A stretch of DNA of 64,000 nt from Candidatus Kaiserbacteria bacterium CG10_big_fil_rev_8_21_14_0_10_47_16 (GCA_002773395.1 PFBI01000006.1:12049-76048); one strand, 5' to 3'; numbered from the stretch's first letter, positions 53,543-62,876 are shown. The notes: generated by a model not told the origin, from the sequence alone. Translations and numbers: made by a program.

Positions 53543-53812
53543 TTATCGTACATTCCCTTTTTGGTTTTTTGGCGAACGTGTTTGAAGTGTCTCGAGAAAA
53601 CTCTTCAGCTCATCTGTCTCGAGAAGTGGCAAGAACCCCCGCACACTCGCAATGATGACGCAGTGAATGAGACTGCGTTGCGTATAGATCTTGTTGATTT
53701 CTTCGCAGACAACGACTCGGTGTTCTTTCGAAATCCTGTAGTCATCCATGAGCACATCAGCACAGTGCCCGTGGTCCCATTCCACCTGTGTCCCCTTTTT
53801 AAAAAGCGGCAC
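53543..53812 (-). CDS. hypothetical small protein (89 aa) with a canonical SD, inside the tRNA-Asn-adjacent islet
   Basis: AAGGAGG 5 nt upstream of the GTG start. It begins 15 bp after the tRNA-3'-end repeat copy. Confidence 0.4.
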   Translation of the reverse strand: MPLFKKGTQVEWDHGHCADVLMDDYRISKEHRVVVCEEINKIYTQRSLIHCVIIASVRGFLPLLETDELKSFLETLQTRSPKNQKGNVR

Positions 53813-53826
53813 AATAACCTCCTTCG

Positions 53827-53865
53827 GTTTGTAATGATTCCTAAGCTCCGCGGGCAGGATTCGAA
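53827..53865. repeat. 36/39 direct repeat of the tRNA-Asn 3' end plus 19 nt of its downstream flank (copy of 53971-54009)
   Basis: gtttgtaatgattcctaagctccgcgggcaggattcgaa versus ttttgtaatgatttctaggctccgcgggcaggattcgaa. The sequences diverge right after gattcgaa. Confidence 0.7.
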
Positions 53866-53950
53866 GCTTACAGCCTCAGTACACCTTGTCGCTCTTTTAT
53901 TTCCTTACGTCATAAAAGAGCTGGCAAGGTTTTCGAATCCTCACAAAACA

Positions 53951-53965
53951 GTCCACTGGACTGTC
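53951..53965 (-). terminator. putative tRNA-Asn terminator hairpin (cagtcca c tggactg, with a T-run on the minus strand)
   Basis: Perfect 7-bp palindrome followed on the minus strand by ttttgtgagg. Confidence 0.35.
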
Positions 53966-53989
53966 TTTGATTTTGTAATGATTTCTAGG

Positions 53990-54061
53990 CTCCGCGGGCA
54001 GGATTCGAACCTGCGACCAATTGATTAACAGTCAACTGCTCTACCGCTGAGCTACCGCGGA
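53990..54061 (-). tRNA. tRNA-Asn (anticodon GTT)
   Basis: Manual cloverleaf on the minus strand: acceptor TCCGCGG/CCGCGGA, D-arm GCTCAGCGGTAGAGC, anticodon stem GTTGA/TCAAT with loop CTGTTAA, T-arm GCAGGTTCGAATCCTGC, discriminator G. Confidence 0.85.
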
Positions 54062-54159
54062 GCCTAAAAATCATTGTTTCAAGGTACATCTCCTCCGTAG
54101 AAGAGTTACAGCATTGTACAGAAAAATCACAGAGTTTCAACACATCCTTCTAAAGATGG

Positions 54160-54396
54160 CTATCCTGAAAAGGCACTATTGAAGAATTGCTGGATTGCTG
54201 CTCCAATATCGATCGTCCCCGCAAGGTTAAAAGCGATAGAAGTGACGACCGCAACTAAGACCGTTGCGCCGAGCGCAGTACCAAGGCCGCGTACCAACCC
54301 TTTCAAAAATACTCTCTTCGGAGAGTTCTGAATCTTCAACTGCTCATCAACTGAGGAAAGAATCTCATAGAGCTTCTCTTCGTTCTTTTTTTCCAT
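54160..54396 (-). CDS. hypothetical small membrane protein
   Basis: The start was taken at MEKKNEEKLYEIL; C-terminal TM GTALGATVLVAVVTSIAF. Confidence 0.4.
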   Translation of the reverse strand: MEKKNEEKLYEILSSVDEQLKIQNSPKRVFLKGLVRGLGTALGATVLVAVVTSIAFNLAGTIDIGAAIQQFFNSAFSG

Positions 54397-54461
54397 GGTT
54401 CTATGATACCAGAGTGGATAGAAACGATGTACCGATACCTGTGTGGTATATAGTGGTGCAT

Positions 54462-54626
54462 ATGGAATCAAAACGATTGACTTGGCTACTCATGATTGTC
54501 GGCGGAGCTATCGGCGGATACGTGCCGATACTCTGGGGAGCGAGCTATTTCTCCTTCTCTTCAATCATCGGCAACGCGGTCGGCGCCATCTTCGGCATCT
54601 GGCTCGCGTTTCGTCTCACTCATTAA
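54462..54626 (+). CDS. small two-TM membrane protein, GlsB/YeaQ/YmgE-like
   Basis: MESKRLTWLLMIVGGAIGGYVPILWGASYFSFSSIIGNAVGAIFGIWLAFRLTH. The ORF track shows a longer frame from 54264. Confidence 0.4.
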   Translation: MESKRLTWLLMIVGGAIGGYVPILWGASYFSFSSIIGNAVGAIFGIWLAFRLTH

Positions 54627-54762
54627 GAAAGAGTTCCACGTAAACATGGTTTCGGTTTAGACAAACCCATCTAGTTATTCACCGTACCCATTGTGCTTAC
54701 GCCCAGATTTGCGAGAATAGAAGTATTAATAATATAAATTTCTAGGTCTTCTAGAAAACATC

Positions 54763-55128
54763 ATGAACACAAAAAAATTAGCACAAGTGTTTGGAGTGGT
54801 CTTTCTACTCATCGGTATTCTTGGATTCGTTCCTGGAATCACCACAACAGGTCATCTCCTTGGTATCTTTGAAGTTGATATCCTTCACAACGTTATTCAC
54901 ATCCTCACGGGTATTCTTGCACTCGTTTTTGCAGGAAGTGCGGCGAAGATGTTTTTCAAAGTATTTGGTATCGTATACCTCATCGTAACGGTTGTCGGGT
55001 TTGTTCAAGGTGATACTGTTCTCGGTCTCATCGGCGTAAACCTTGCTGACAATGTTCTTCACCTCGTTGTAGCTGCAGTTGCGCTCTACGTTGGTTTCAA
55101 GAAGGACACTATGGTGTCATCAATGTAA
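54763..55128 (+). CDS. DUF4383-family membrane protein
   Basis: FGVVFLLIGILGFVPG...LLGIFEVDILHNVIHILTGILAL. 4 TM. Confidence 0.6.
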   Translation: MNTKKLAQVFGVVFLLIGILGFVPGITTTGHLLGIFEVDILHNVIHILTGILALVFAGSAAKMFFKVFGIVYLIVTVVGFVQGDTVLGLIGVNLADNVLHLVVAAVALYVGFKKDTMVSSM

Positions 55129-55137
55129 TCATTGACC

Positions 55138-55168
55138 CTACGAACATAAAAATCCCCGCACATGCGGG
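55138..55168 (+). terminator. intrinsic terminator (aaaaatccccgcacatgcggggattttt)
   Basis: Perfect stem with A/T flanks. Confidence 0.75.
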
Positions 55169-55276
55169 GATTTTTATTTATCGCCAAAAAAACCTTCTTT
55201 CTATTAAGCAGTTATTGACTTTTTATACCCTCAGTCGCATACTGCCGCTTAGATGCACCATAAAAGGGCCTGACAC

Positions 55277-55615
55277 ATGCTTATGCTCAATGCGTTAAGT
55301 GCCATAGCGTTAATGGCCGCTCTGTCGCCAACGATTGCATCAAACGACATCGATGCATGTGAGGGAAGAATATTTAACTTCCCCGTATTCATAGATATCG
55401 ATTTCCACAATGCAACGACTGCCGGTGACTGCGACATTACGCTAAACTACCGAATGCCGCCAATGAGCGACGGGGCCACCATTTTTTCCGTCAGCGTCGT
55501 CATAGAAAACGGCAAGGAGGTCACTACGGGAGTACAAATCACACAGACGACACTCGTCTGTAAAGATGGGAAGATGGTTCGCAAGGAGGGTTCTACTGAT
55601 GCCGTTTCTCGTTAA
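55277..55615 (+). CDS. small secreted 4-Cys protein of unknown function
   Basis: Signal peptide MLMLNALSAIALMAALSPTIASN. TTGACT-type promoter upstream. Confidence 0.5.
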   Translation: MLMLNALSAIALMAALSPTIASNDIDACEGRIFNFPVFIDIDFHNATTAGDCDITLNYRMPPMSDGATIFSVSVVIENGKEVTTGVQITQTTLVCKDGKMVRKEGSTDAVSR

Positions 55616-55880
55616 GTTGACTGTCGTAAAGATTTCCGCACTGTTGCTGCTCATTTATTTGGCGACGACACACGCGGAAATCCTACGCACCATCCAACGC
55701 TGGGTCGGTGCCGCCGTCGACTGGGTGGAAAGGATCTTTGAGGTCAACGCCCAGTTCATGATTTTCTTCGATCTTTTCGGAGGCAAATCAATCCTGCTCT
55801 TCATTGTTCTCTGCTTCGTCATAACGATATCCGCGATATTGATTAAACATCTTACACGTGAGACAAAGAAAAAAGCGTGA
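55599..55880 (+). CDS. hypothetical membrane protein (N- and C-terminal TM)
   Basis: MPFLVKLTVVKISALLLLIYLATTHA...ILLFIVLCFVITISAILI. It overlaps the upstream gene by 17 nt. Confidence 0.4.
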   Translation: MPFLVKLTVVKISALLLLIYLATTHAEILRTIQRWVGAAVDWVERIFEVNAQFMIFFDLFGGKSILLFIVLCFVITISAILIKHLTRETKKKA

Positions 55881-55897
55881 ACATCCACACCCTGAAG

Positions 55898-55932
55898 GAA
55901 GCCCGGTCGCAGCATGCGGCGCGGGCTTTTTC
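55898..55932 (+). terminator. intrinsic terminator (compound GC hairpin + TTTTTCTTTT)
   Basis: agcccg...cgggct stem enclosing cgcagcatgcggcg. Confidence 0.6.
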
Positions 55933-55984
55933 TTTTACACAACACCGCCTATTTACCTATCGACGTACGATACAATAGGTCTGT

Positions 55985-57049
55985 ATGATTTTAAAAAGTA
56001 TGCGCATTCTCATTCTGAGTTTTATTGCATTTCTCCCTTCCTCTTTCGCATCTGCGCATGAAGTGTACGTGCTTCCACAAGACGTTATCGATACCGCAAT
56101 TCATACCCCCGGAATGCCGCTCATGCAGATACTCCTCGAGAACCTCAATCAGTTTTTACTCTGGGGATTTATGGCAATACTGTTGGTCTTCATTATCTTC
56201 TTTACTTCAATTTCACACACCCTCGAAGAACGGCTCGACCCTTTCCTTGCAAAGCTTCCTCCCTTTGCCCCCGTGATCAGCCGTATCACGATTGGCCTCG
56301 CCTTTCTCGCGGCAGCCTACTACGGGGCTCTCTTTGGGCCAGAATTGCCTCTAGGTGCATCTTTTGGGGCATATACGCCCATTATCACTGCTTTATTGAT
56401 TGTCCTCGGTTTAATGATTATTGTGGGGTTCTATACCCGCGTTGCTGCCATTATTGCCGGTCTTATTTTTCTGTGGCAAGTATCCATCTCTGGTGAATAT
56501 ATGTTCACCTATGCCAACTACGCTGGTGAGCTTATCCTCCTCATCATTCTCGGCGCGCATAAATTTGCCTATCACCACAAAGGACACGACGTGCGCCGTG
56601 CGCCCCGAGCCCTCCTTCGTTTGAAGGAAATCCTTACGCCTTATACCTTCCTCATTCTCCGCGTTGCCTTTGGTGCTTCCCTACTCTACGCTTCAATATA
56701 TGCAAAAATAATTCACAACGAACTTGCGCTCGCAGTTGCTGCAACACCGCTCGCAGGACATGCGACCAGCCTCGCTTCTGTCTTTGGGTTCTCACCAGAG
56801 TTTCTTGTTCTCGGTGCAGCGATTGTGGAGATTGTCATCGGTACATTCTTTATTCTCGGTATCGAAATTCGGTTTACCTCACTCTTCCTCCTCTTCTGGC
56901 TCTCACTTTCACTCTGGTACTTCGGCGAAGTGGTGTGGCCACACATTGTTCTCATCGGTATTCCTATTGCATTTATTTTTTATGGATACGACAAATACTC
57001 GCTCGAAGGATTCTTTTTCAAACGAAACGGGCGTGACCCTGTGCTCTAG
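55985..57049 (+). CDS. integral membrane protein with a cleavable signal peptide (~8 TM); unknown family
   Basis: MILKSMRILILSFIAFLPSSFASAHEV; multiple hydrophobic spans; HHKGHDVRR loop. Confidence 0.55.
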   Translation: MILKSMRILILSFIAFLPSSFASAHEVYVLPQDVIDTAIHTPGMPLMQILLENLNQFLLWGFMAILLVFIIFFTSISHTLEERLDPFLAKLPPFAPVISRITIGLAFLAAAYYGALFGPELPLGASFGAYTPIITALLIVLGLMIIVGFYTRVAAIIAGLIFLWQVSISGEYMFTYANYAGELILLIILGAHKFAYHHKGHDVRRAPRALLRLKEILTPYTFLILRVAFGASLLYASIYAKIIHNELALAVAATPLAGHATSLASVFGFSPEFLVLGAAIVEIVIGTFFILGIEIRFTSLFLLFWLSLSLWYFGEVVWPHIVLIGIPIAFIFYGYDKYSLEGFFFKRNGRDPVL

Positions 57050-57099
57050 GAGTGCATAACCGGGAGTCCACTCAAAGATGATGGAATACAATAAGACCC

Positions 57100-57303
57100 A
57101 TGGAATCAGATATACTCAAAAAACTATCCGAACAAGACGAGAAGCTTGATGCTATTTGGCGTTCTGCAGAAAAAACGCGCAAGATGTTCCTCTTTACTAT
57201 GTGGGGCACGATTATTGCCTTTGTACTCCCGCTTCTCGCACTCGCGTTCGTTATCCCAAGCTTTATTAATTCGTACCTCTCAAGTTACCAAGGATTATTG
57301 TAA
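57100..57303 (+). CDS. small membrane protein (67 aa); tentative
   Basis: Amphipathic N-terminus then TM MFLFTMWGTIIAFVLPLLALAFVIP. Confidence 0.3.
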   Translation: MESDILKKLSEQDEKLDAIWRSAEKTRKMFLFTMWGTIIAFVLPLLALAFVIPSFINSYLSSYQGLL

Positions 57304-57337
57304 TCATTGTTCGCACGGTATCAGTGGGCGAGAGACA

Positions 57338-57366
57338 TTGACTTTTAAGGGTTTTTATATTACTAT
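57338..57366 (+). promoter_or_regulatory. sigma70-like promoter TTGACT-17-TACTAT, followed by a ~90-nt structured leader of the DEAD-box helicase gene
   Basis: Exact 17-nt spacer. The leader contains the hairpin ccccaccttaagatactcgtgtgggg. Confidence 0.45.
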
Positions 57367-57459
57367 CTCCCCACCTTAAGATACTCGTGTGGGGCTCTTC
57401 AGGAGCGAAAAGCTATTTTCGGATTATTACCTGCACCCCTAAGAACATACATTCCAGTC

Positions 57460-58788
57460 ATGGATCATACAACAAGCCGACCTAGTCGGAACTCTTCTTC
57501 TCGTAGTGGCAGTCGCCCAAGCTACGGAGGAGCAAACAAACGATCATCTTTCAGTGACCGTCGCGGTCGCGGTGGAAACGGAGGAGGATCATCATTTAGT
57601 AGCAATCGTTCACCACGTGGTGGTTCATCACGAAGTGGTGGTGGCAGTGGCTCATCACGTGGTCGCGGTGGCCGCATGCAAAAGTCTTTTGACGTATCAC
57701 AATACATCAACAAGAACCCTGTTATTCAGGAAACTGCAGAGGTATACGTACCTGAACATAAATTTACTGAATTCGGCCTCGATAAGAAGCTCGCATTTAC
57801 GGTAACGTCTTCAGGACTTGTGTCTCCGACACCAATTCAAGATCAGATTATTCCGCACATCCTTGAAGGACGTGACGTCATTGGTCTTGCAAACACAGGT
57901 ACCGGAAAGACCGCAGCCTTCCTCATTCCACTTATTGATAAGACCCTGCGCGAATACAATCGTCAGACACTGATTCTTGCGCCAACTCGAGAACTTGCAA
58001 TTCAGATTCAAGAAGAGCTTCGAAAGCTCAGTGGACAGTCTAAAATCTACTCAACCATCTGTGTTGGTGGAACGAGTATTCGACCACAGATCCAAGGTCT
58101 CCGACGAAAGAATCATTTTATCATCGGAACTCCCGGACGTGTGCTCGATCTTATTAATCAGGGATACCTCAAGCCGCAGCACATCCGTACCGTCGTTCTC
58201 GACGAAGCGGATCGTATGCTCGACATGGGATTCATCCATGATATGCGTAAGATTCTGCAAGACATTCCAAAAGATAAAGAAACACTCTTTTTCTCAGCGA
58301 CTATGTCTGCCGACATCGAACGACTCGTCAGCGACTTCCTTCGAAACCCTATTACCGTATCGGTAAAGAAGAAGGATATTACTGGCAGTATTGAACAAGA
58401 CGTTGTCCGTCACGGTAATCATGATAAGTTCCAAACATTGGTAACACTTCTCAAGGATACTGAGACATTCAAACGAGTGATTATCTTCGGTGCTATGAAG
58501 CACAGTGTTGAAAAACTCGGACAAGCACTCAATGCTGCAGGTATTACCGCAGAATCAATTCACGGTAATAAGTCACACCCACAGCGACAGCGCGCACTGA
58601 AAAACTTTAAAAGTGGGCAGTCACGCGTACTCGTTGCAACAGACGTCGCCGCTCGCGGTATCCACGTTGACAACGTGACTCACGTGATCAACTACGATCT
58701 CCCGAACTGTTACGAAGATTACGTACACCGTATTGGCCGTACCGGCCGCGGTGAGAAGCTTGGAAAAGCACTTACGTTCGTAGCGTAA
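57460..58788 (+). CDS. DEAD-box ATP-dependent RNA helicase with an N-terminal ~75-aa RGG/Ser-Gly-rich disordered region
   Basis: Q-motif TPIQDQIIP, AQTGTGKT-like ANTGTGKTAAF, DEAD (VLDEADRMLDMGF), SAT, HRIGRTGRG. N-terminus SRSGSRPSYGGANKRSSFSDRRGRGGNGGGSS.... Confidence 0.9.
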   Translation: MDHTTSRPSRNSSSRSGSRPSYGGANKRSSFSDRRGRGGNGGGSSFSSNRSPRGGSSRSGGGSGSSRGRGGRMQKSFDVSQYINKNPVIQETAEVYVPEHKFTEFGLDKKLAFTVTSSGLVSPTPIQDQIIPHILEGRDVIGLANTGTGKTAAFLIPLIDKTLREYNRQTLILAPTRELAIQIQEELRKLSGQSKIYSTICVGGTSIRPQIQGLRRKNHFIIGTPGRVLDLINQGYLKPQHIRTVVLDEADRMLDMGFIHDMRKILQDIPKDKETLFFSATMSADIERLVSDFLRNPITVSVKKKDITGSIEQDVVRHGNHDKFQTLVTLLKDTETFKRVIIFGAMKHSVEKLGQALNAAGITAESIHGNKSHPQRQRALKNFKSGQSRVLVATDVAARGIHVDNVTHVINYDLPNCYEDYVHRIGRTGRGEKLGKALTFVA

Positions 58789-58823
58789 TAAAAAGCCCTC
58801 GGCACTCGCCGAGGGCTTTTTAT
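58789..58823 (+). terminator. intrinsic terminator (aaaaagccctcggcactcgccgagggcttttt)
   Basis: 10-bp stem with A5/T5. Confidence 0.8.
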
Positions 58824-58900
58824 TATTTTATGCCCCATATTGACTCTTTTTGGAAATAAGGACAGTATAGGAACTAGATTCATTGGCATGGGAGCTCAAA

Positions 58901-59131
58901 ATGGAATTTCTCCAATCGCAGGTACCCCTCATTGCCTGCGTCGTGATAATCATACTCGGCGCAGCCTTTTTTCTGGGTTGTCTCGCCTTTCTGTCAGACA
59001 ATATCTTCGTCTTCACTCTAAGGTTTACATTTTTTGTCGTCCTCGCGGCAGTCGCTGTTTTGATTGTCTATCATTCGGACGAGAGTGTGTCGACAAGTAT
59101 CCGAGCAGAGCTGAAGCGGCTCACGAGCTAA
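58901..59131 (+). CDS. small two-TM membrane protein (76 aa)
   Basis: SD GGGAG 7 nt upstream; MEFLQSQVPLIACVVIIILGAAFFLG...FFVVLAAVAVLIVY. A terminator follows. Confidence 0.4.
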   Translation: MEFLQSQVPLIACVVIIILGAAFFLGCLAFLSDNIFVFTLRFTFFVVLAAVAVLIVYHSDESVSTSIRAELKRLTS

Positions 59132-59135
59132 CATA

Positions 59136-59174
59136 CGCCGCCCAAGGAAAGGCTTCCTCTGGGCGGCTTTTCTG
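59136..59174 (+). terminator. intrinsic terminator (gccgcccaagg...ctgggcggc + ttttct)
   Basis: 8-bp stem with a structured loop. Confidence 0.55.
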
Positions 59175-59260
59175 TTACCTATATAGTGACAATCTCATAT
59201 TTTTATGATATAAATTTGCCAGATTTCTCCCACATACGAAAGGACCCTCACGTGGAAAGA

Positions 59261-59608
59261 ATGCATGTACCCCAATGGGTCCTTATCGGGACCATCATCA
59301 GCCTCGCGCTCGCCGACCAACTGCAGGAGAAAGGAATTCCCGCACATAAGCTCGATGTGCTTCCGCAAGACATCGAGATTCTGAGCAATCTCCTGCCGGA
59401 AGAAGACCGGCGAGCAACGATCCAATATCGGCGTACGAGAATCCGGGACGTCTTACGGAACGAAATTCCCGTTCTCGCTGGGTTCGGATCGGAAAATGTG
59501 ACATACTCCGATTTCGATACCTGGGTCCAGGATGTGGCAAATGCTGTCTTCGATGGCGATGGAGGTGCCATTATCGAAAACCAACGAGGCAGAGTTCTCG
59601 TCATTTAG
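59261..59608 (+). CDS. hypothetical protein (116 aa, N-terminal TM)
   Basis: MHVPQWVLIGTIISLALADQL...; a terminator follows. No known motif. Confidence 0.4.
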   Translation: MHVPQWVLIGTIISLALADQLQEKGIPAHKLDVLPQDIEILSNLLPEEDRRATIQYRRTRIRDVLRNEIPVLAGFGSENVTYSDFDTWVQDVANAVFDGDGGAIIENQRGRVLVI

Positions 59609-59628
59609 CATGAACAGCCTTCCCTTCA

Positions 59629-59674
59629 GAAAACCGCCAGTGGGTACGTATCCCACTCGGCGGTTTTGTTTTTT
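59629..59674. terminator. bidirectional intrinsic terminator (aaaaccgccagtgggtacgtatcccactcggcggttttgtttttt)
   Basis: Hairpin between the convergent hypothetical gene and the GH18 gene. Confidence 0.7.
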
Positions 59675-59678
59675 GTAA

Positions 59679-60872
59679 TTATAAATTTTTCCAGATATCC
59701 GGATCCTCTTCCCCATCAATCTTAAAGAGTGCAACTCCTCGAAGCCCAAATTCTTTTGCAAGATCAATCTTTGTTTGAGCTGACGTTGCGTCTCCATATG
59801 ATGCAAGGTTGAAGGTGAGTGTCTGCCCTGTTGCATTTGCATACATGAGTGCTTGTGCTGCAGCTTCATTCCCCTTTTGTGTACCTTTCGGCACAGGGAG
59901 TGCGCTCAATACCCGATACGGTGATTCCTTTGGGAAATAGGTGAAATTGAGTTCGCCGCCGAGATTGCGCCCCGGTGTCACCTTGTAGTCTTTTGCAATT
60001 TGCTCTAAGTCAGGCTTATTCAATGCCCCAAGACGTTCATAGCTTTGATACCAATCAGGAGAAACCGTCACACGGTAATGATACCCGTACGTTGGAATAC
60101 CGAGCATAATTTTATCTGCAGGGATATCCTTCAGTGCAAACGCTACCACTTTACGCACCCAATCAATATCAGACACAGGGAAATACGGTGCACCTTTTCT
60201 GGCATTATTGAGTGAGAGATCGGCACGTTGCTGATCGTAGGCCATGATCACCACACGGTCGCAGTGTGTCGCGATTGCTTTATAGTCATTTGAGTAATTG
60301 ATAGTCGCAGGAACAACCTTATACAGCGATTCTGGTGGTGTACGTGGTTCAATGGTACACACAAGTGTCTTACTGCCGATCGCAGCCTTTAGTTCTTTAA
60401 GAAAAAGTGAGAAGTACGGATTTGTCTCAGCAAGCTTTCCTTCATAATCAATATCAACTCCGGCGTAGCGTCCGTCTTCTACCATTTTCTTGATCTCTGC
60501 AATATGTGCGGTGCGAGATCTAGTGTTACTTAAAATACGATTGAGCACCTGCCCATCGCTCGACATGATGCTCGGGATGACATCAGTATTATCCCTGTCC
60601 GCTTGGCGAATAAGACGCTTCCATTTACTTTCATCTAACCCCGCGAGGTCTTTGAGGGTGCCGTCGCTTTTAATAGTAAATCCAAAAGGAAATATCATAT
60701 CGAGACTGCTCATATGGAGTCGTGCAGATTTGGTGCCGAGTGTTTCCTGCCAATATGGCACCCACCCTGCAACCTCAAGATCACCAGTCGTAGTGGCTGC
60801 GTTTACGGTACCTACACCAAAACTGCTTACCGTGAGTAGGGAAACAACAAAAACTCCAATATATGATTTCAT
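59679..60872 (-). CDS. secreted glycoside hydrolase family 18 protein (chitinase/YaaH-like)
   Basis: Signal peptide MKSYIGVFVVSLLTVSSFGVGTVNA; GH18 catalytic motif YAGVDIDYEGK (DxDxE). Confidence 0.8.
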   Translation of the reverse strand: MKSYIGVFVVSLLTVSSFGVGTVNAATTTGDLEVAGWVPYWQETLGTKSARLHMSSLDMIFPFGFTIKSDGTLKDLAGLDESKWKRLIRQADRDNTDVIPSIMSSDGQVLNRILSNTRSRTAHIAEIKKMVEDGRYAGVDIDYEGKLAETNPYFSLFLKELKAAIGSKTLVCTIEPRTPPESLYKVVPATINYSNDYKAIATHCDRVVIMAYDQQRADLSLNNARKGAPYFPVSDIDWVRKVVAFALKDIPADKIMLGIPTYGYHYRVTVSPDWYQSYERLGALNKPDLEQIAKDYKVTPGRNLGGELNFTYFPKESPYRVLSALPVPKGTQKGNEAAAQALMYANATGQTLTFNLASYGDATSAQTKIDLAKEFGLRGVALFKIDGEEDPDIWKNL

Positions 60873-60924
60873 ACTTGTGATGACGGACTAAAAATCTCTT
60901 TCTTTCATCCTATGCTACTGCCCC

Positions 60925-60965
60925 ATCTTTTCTGCGTTTGCCAAGATGGCAAACGCAGAAAAGAT
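60925..60965. terminator. 19-bp perfect inverted repeat (atcttttctgcgtttgcca aga tggcaaacgcagaaaagat) abutting the typA stop; 3' stem-loop or terminator
   Basis: Read directly; no clear U-tract on the minus strand. Confidence 0.45.
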
Positions 60966-60966
60966 A

Positions 60967-62748
60967 CTATTTCCGCTTCAACTTTGCTCGTTCAGCCTCT
61001 TTGAGGTACTTCTTTCGGAGACGTGTACTTTCTGGAGTAATCTCGAGGTACTCATCTTCAGACATAATTTCGAGACCAAGCTCAATCGTGAGTTCTCGCG
61101 GTGGCACGAGCTGAATGTTTTCGTCAGTTCCCGATGCACGCATGTTGGTAAGTTGCTTCCCTTTAATTGGGTTTACCGACATATCCTCACCCTTTGAGGT
61201 GTTTCCAATAACCATTCCTTCATACACTTCGGTATTCACTGGAATATAGAGCTGTCCGCGATCCTGAAGGTTCGCAAGAGAAAAGCCGAGTGCCTTCCCC
61301 ATTGCCATAGAAACCATTGATCCTGTTGCTCGCTTCACGATCTCTCCTGCAAACGGCTTAAAGCCCGTCACACGACTCGAGAGGATGCCTTCACCCTTCG
61401 TATCAATAATAAATTGTCCGCGATATCCGAGAAGTCCTCGAGTAGGAATTTCAAAGATGAGACGTGATGTGTTCTCGTGCTGCGTCATGTTGAGCATGAT
61501 GCCTTTGCGGTTTCCAAGACGTTCAATAACCGAACCTTGGAATTCTGTCGGGACATCAATCGTTACTTCTTCATACGGCTCAAGCTTCTTACCATCCTCT
61601 TCTTTGATGATGATGCGTGGCTGCGATACTTGGAGTTCATAGCCTTCACGTCGCATGTTCTCAAGAAGCACGGCGATATGGAGTTCACCACGTCCTGCCA
61701 CACTAAACGGCGCACCGGTACTGGTGTCTACATGGAGTCCAACGTTAATTTCAAGTTCTTTATCGAGACGTTCACCAATCTGTCGTCCCGTTACATACTT
61801 TCCTTCGCGACCAGCAAAAGGGGAGTCGTTTACCAAAAAGTCGAGGGTGATGGTCGGTTCATCAATTGTGATAGCGGGGAAGGGATCAACAGCATCATTT
61901 CCACAGAGTGTTTCTCCGATGAAGATATCAGGGAATCCCGCAACGAGCACAATGTCTCCCGCTTCAGCGAGTTCTGCTTCTTCTCGTGCAATACCACGGA
62001 AGGTAAAGATCTTCGTTACTTTCCCACTTCGTACTTCCCCTGTTGGCTTCTTTACAAAAATCGTACTCCCCATCTTGATCGTACCGTCATAAATACGAGC
62101 AACCGCAAGACGTCCGAGGAAGTTGTCGTATCCGAGGTTGAATACCTGCGCGCGTAGTTCAGCATTTTTATCACCTGATGCTGCTGGTACCTCTGCAAGA
62201 ATAGTATCGAGGAGTGGTGTGAGGTCTGTTGATTCATCCTCAAGCTTCTTCTTCGCAATACCATCGCGGCCGATTGCGTACACAACCGTAAAGTCGAGTT
62301 GCTCATCGTTTGCACCAAGTTCCATAAAGAGTTCGAGAACCTGTTCTTCTGCAAGCTCTGGATTTGCCGCAGGCTTGTCAATTTTATTAATAACCACAAT
62401 AGGCTTCAGTCCGAGCTCAAGTGACTTCTTGAGTACGAAACGTGTCTGTGGCATCGGCCCTTCCTGTGCGTCTACGATGAGAAGCACCGAGTCAATAGAA
62501 CGGAGTACGCGCTCTACTTCACTACCGAAGTCCGCGTGTCCTGGAGTATCTACAATGTTGATCTTGGTATCACGGTAGTATACAGCCGTATTTTTAGCAT
62601 AAATAGTAATACCACGCTCTTTTTCAAGATCGTTGGTATCCATACTCATTCCTTCGTCAAACATACCCGTCTGACGCATGATGCCGTCAGTCAGGGTCGT
62701 TTTCCCGTGGTCTACGTGCGCGATAATAGCGATATTTCTAATTTCCAT
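60967..62748 (-). CDS. typA: translational GTPase TypA/BipA
   Basis: [46 protein letters not shown]; 593 aa EF-G-like domain order. Confidence 0.9.
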   Translation of the reverse strand: MEIRNIAIIAHVDHGKTTLTDGIMRQTGMFDEGMSMDTNDLEKERGITIYAKNTAVYYRDTKINIVDTPGHADFGSEVERVLRSIDSVLLIVDAQEGPMPQTRFVLKKSLELGLKPIVVINKIDKPAANPELAEEQVLELFMELGANDEQLDFTVVYAIGRDGIAKKKLEDESTDLTPLLDTILAEVPAASGDKNAELRAQVFNLGYDNFLGRLAVARIYDGTIKMGSTIFVKKPTGEVRSGKVTKIFTFRGIAREEAELAEAGDIVLVAGFPDIFIGETLCGNDAVDPFPAITIDEPTITLDFLVNDSPFAGREGKYVTGRQIGERLDKELEINVGLHVDTSTGAPFSVAGRGELHIAVLLENMRREGYELQVSQPRIIIKEEDGKKLEPYEEVTIDVPTEFQGSVIERLGNRKGIMLNMTQHENTSRLIFEIPTRGLLGYRGQFIIDTKGEGILSSRVTGFKPFAGEIVKRATGSMVSMAMGKALGFSLANLQDRGQLYIPVNTEVYEGMVIGNTSKGEDMSVNPIKGKQLTNMRASGTDENIQLVPPRELTIELGLEIMSEDEYLEITPESTRLRKKYLKEAERAKLKRK

Positions 62749-62876
62749 TGTAGTAAGATGAAGTGCCAGAATACACTAGAAAGCCCTTAAATTCAACCGT
62801 ATTTATCATGTATACTATTCGAATATGAAAACTATTGGAATCGCGGTACTACTCTTTATAGGACTACTCCTCCTCA

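Noticed and set aside
53480-54028. 182-aa plus-strand ORF
   Set aside because: It runs antisense through tRNA-Asn and its repeat copies, and has no RBS or motif.
57506-57805. 99-aa His/Val-rich plus-strand ORF
   Set aside because: It is an alternate frame of the DEAD-box N-terminal RGG-coding region.
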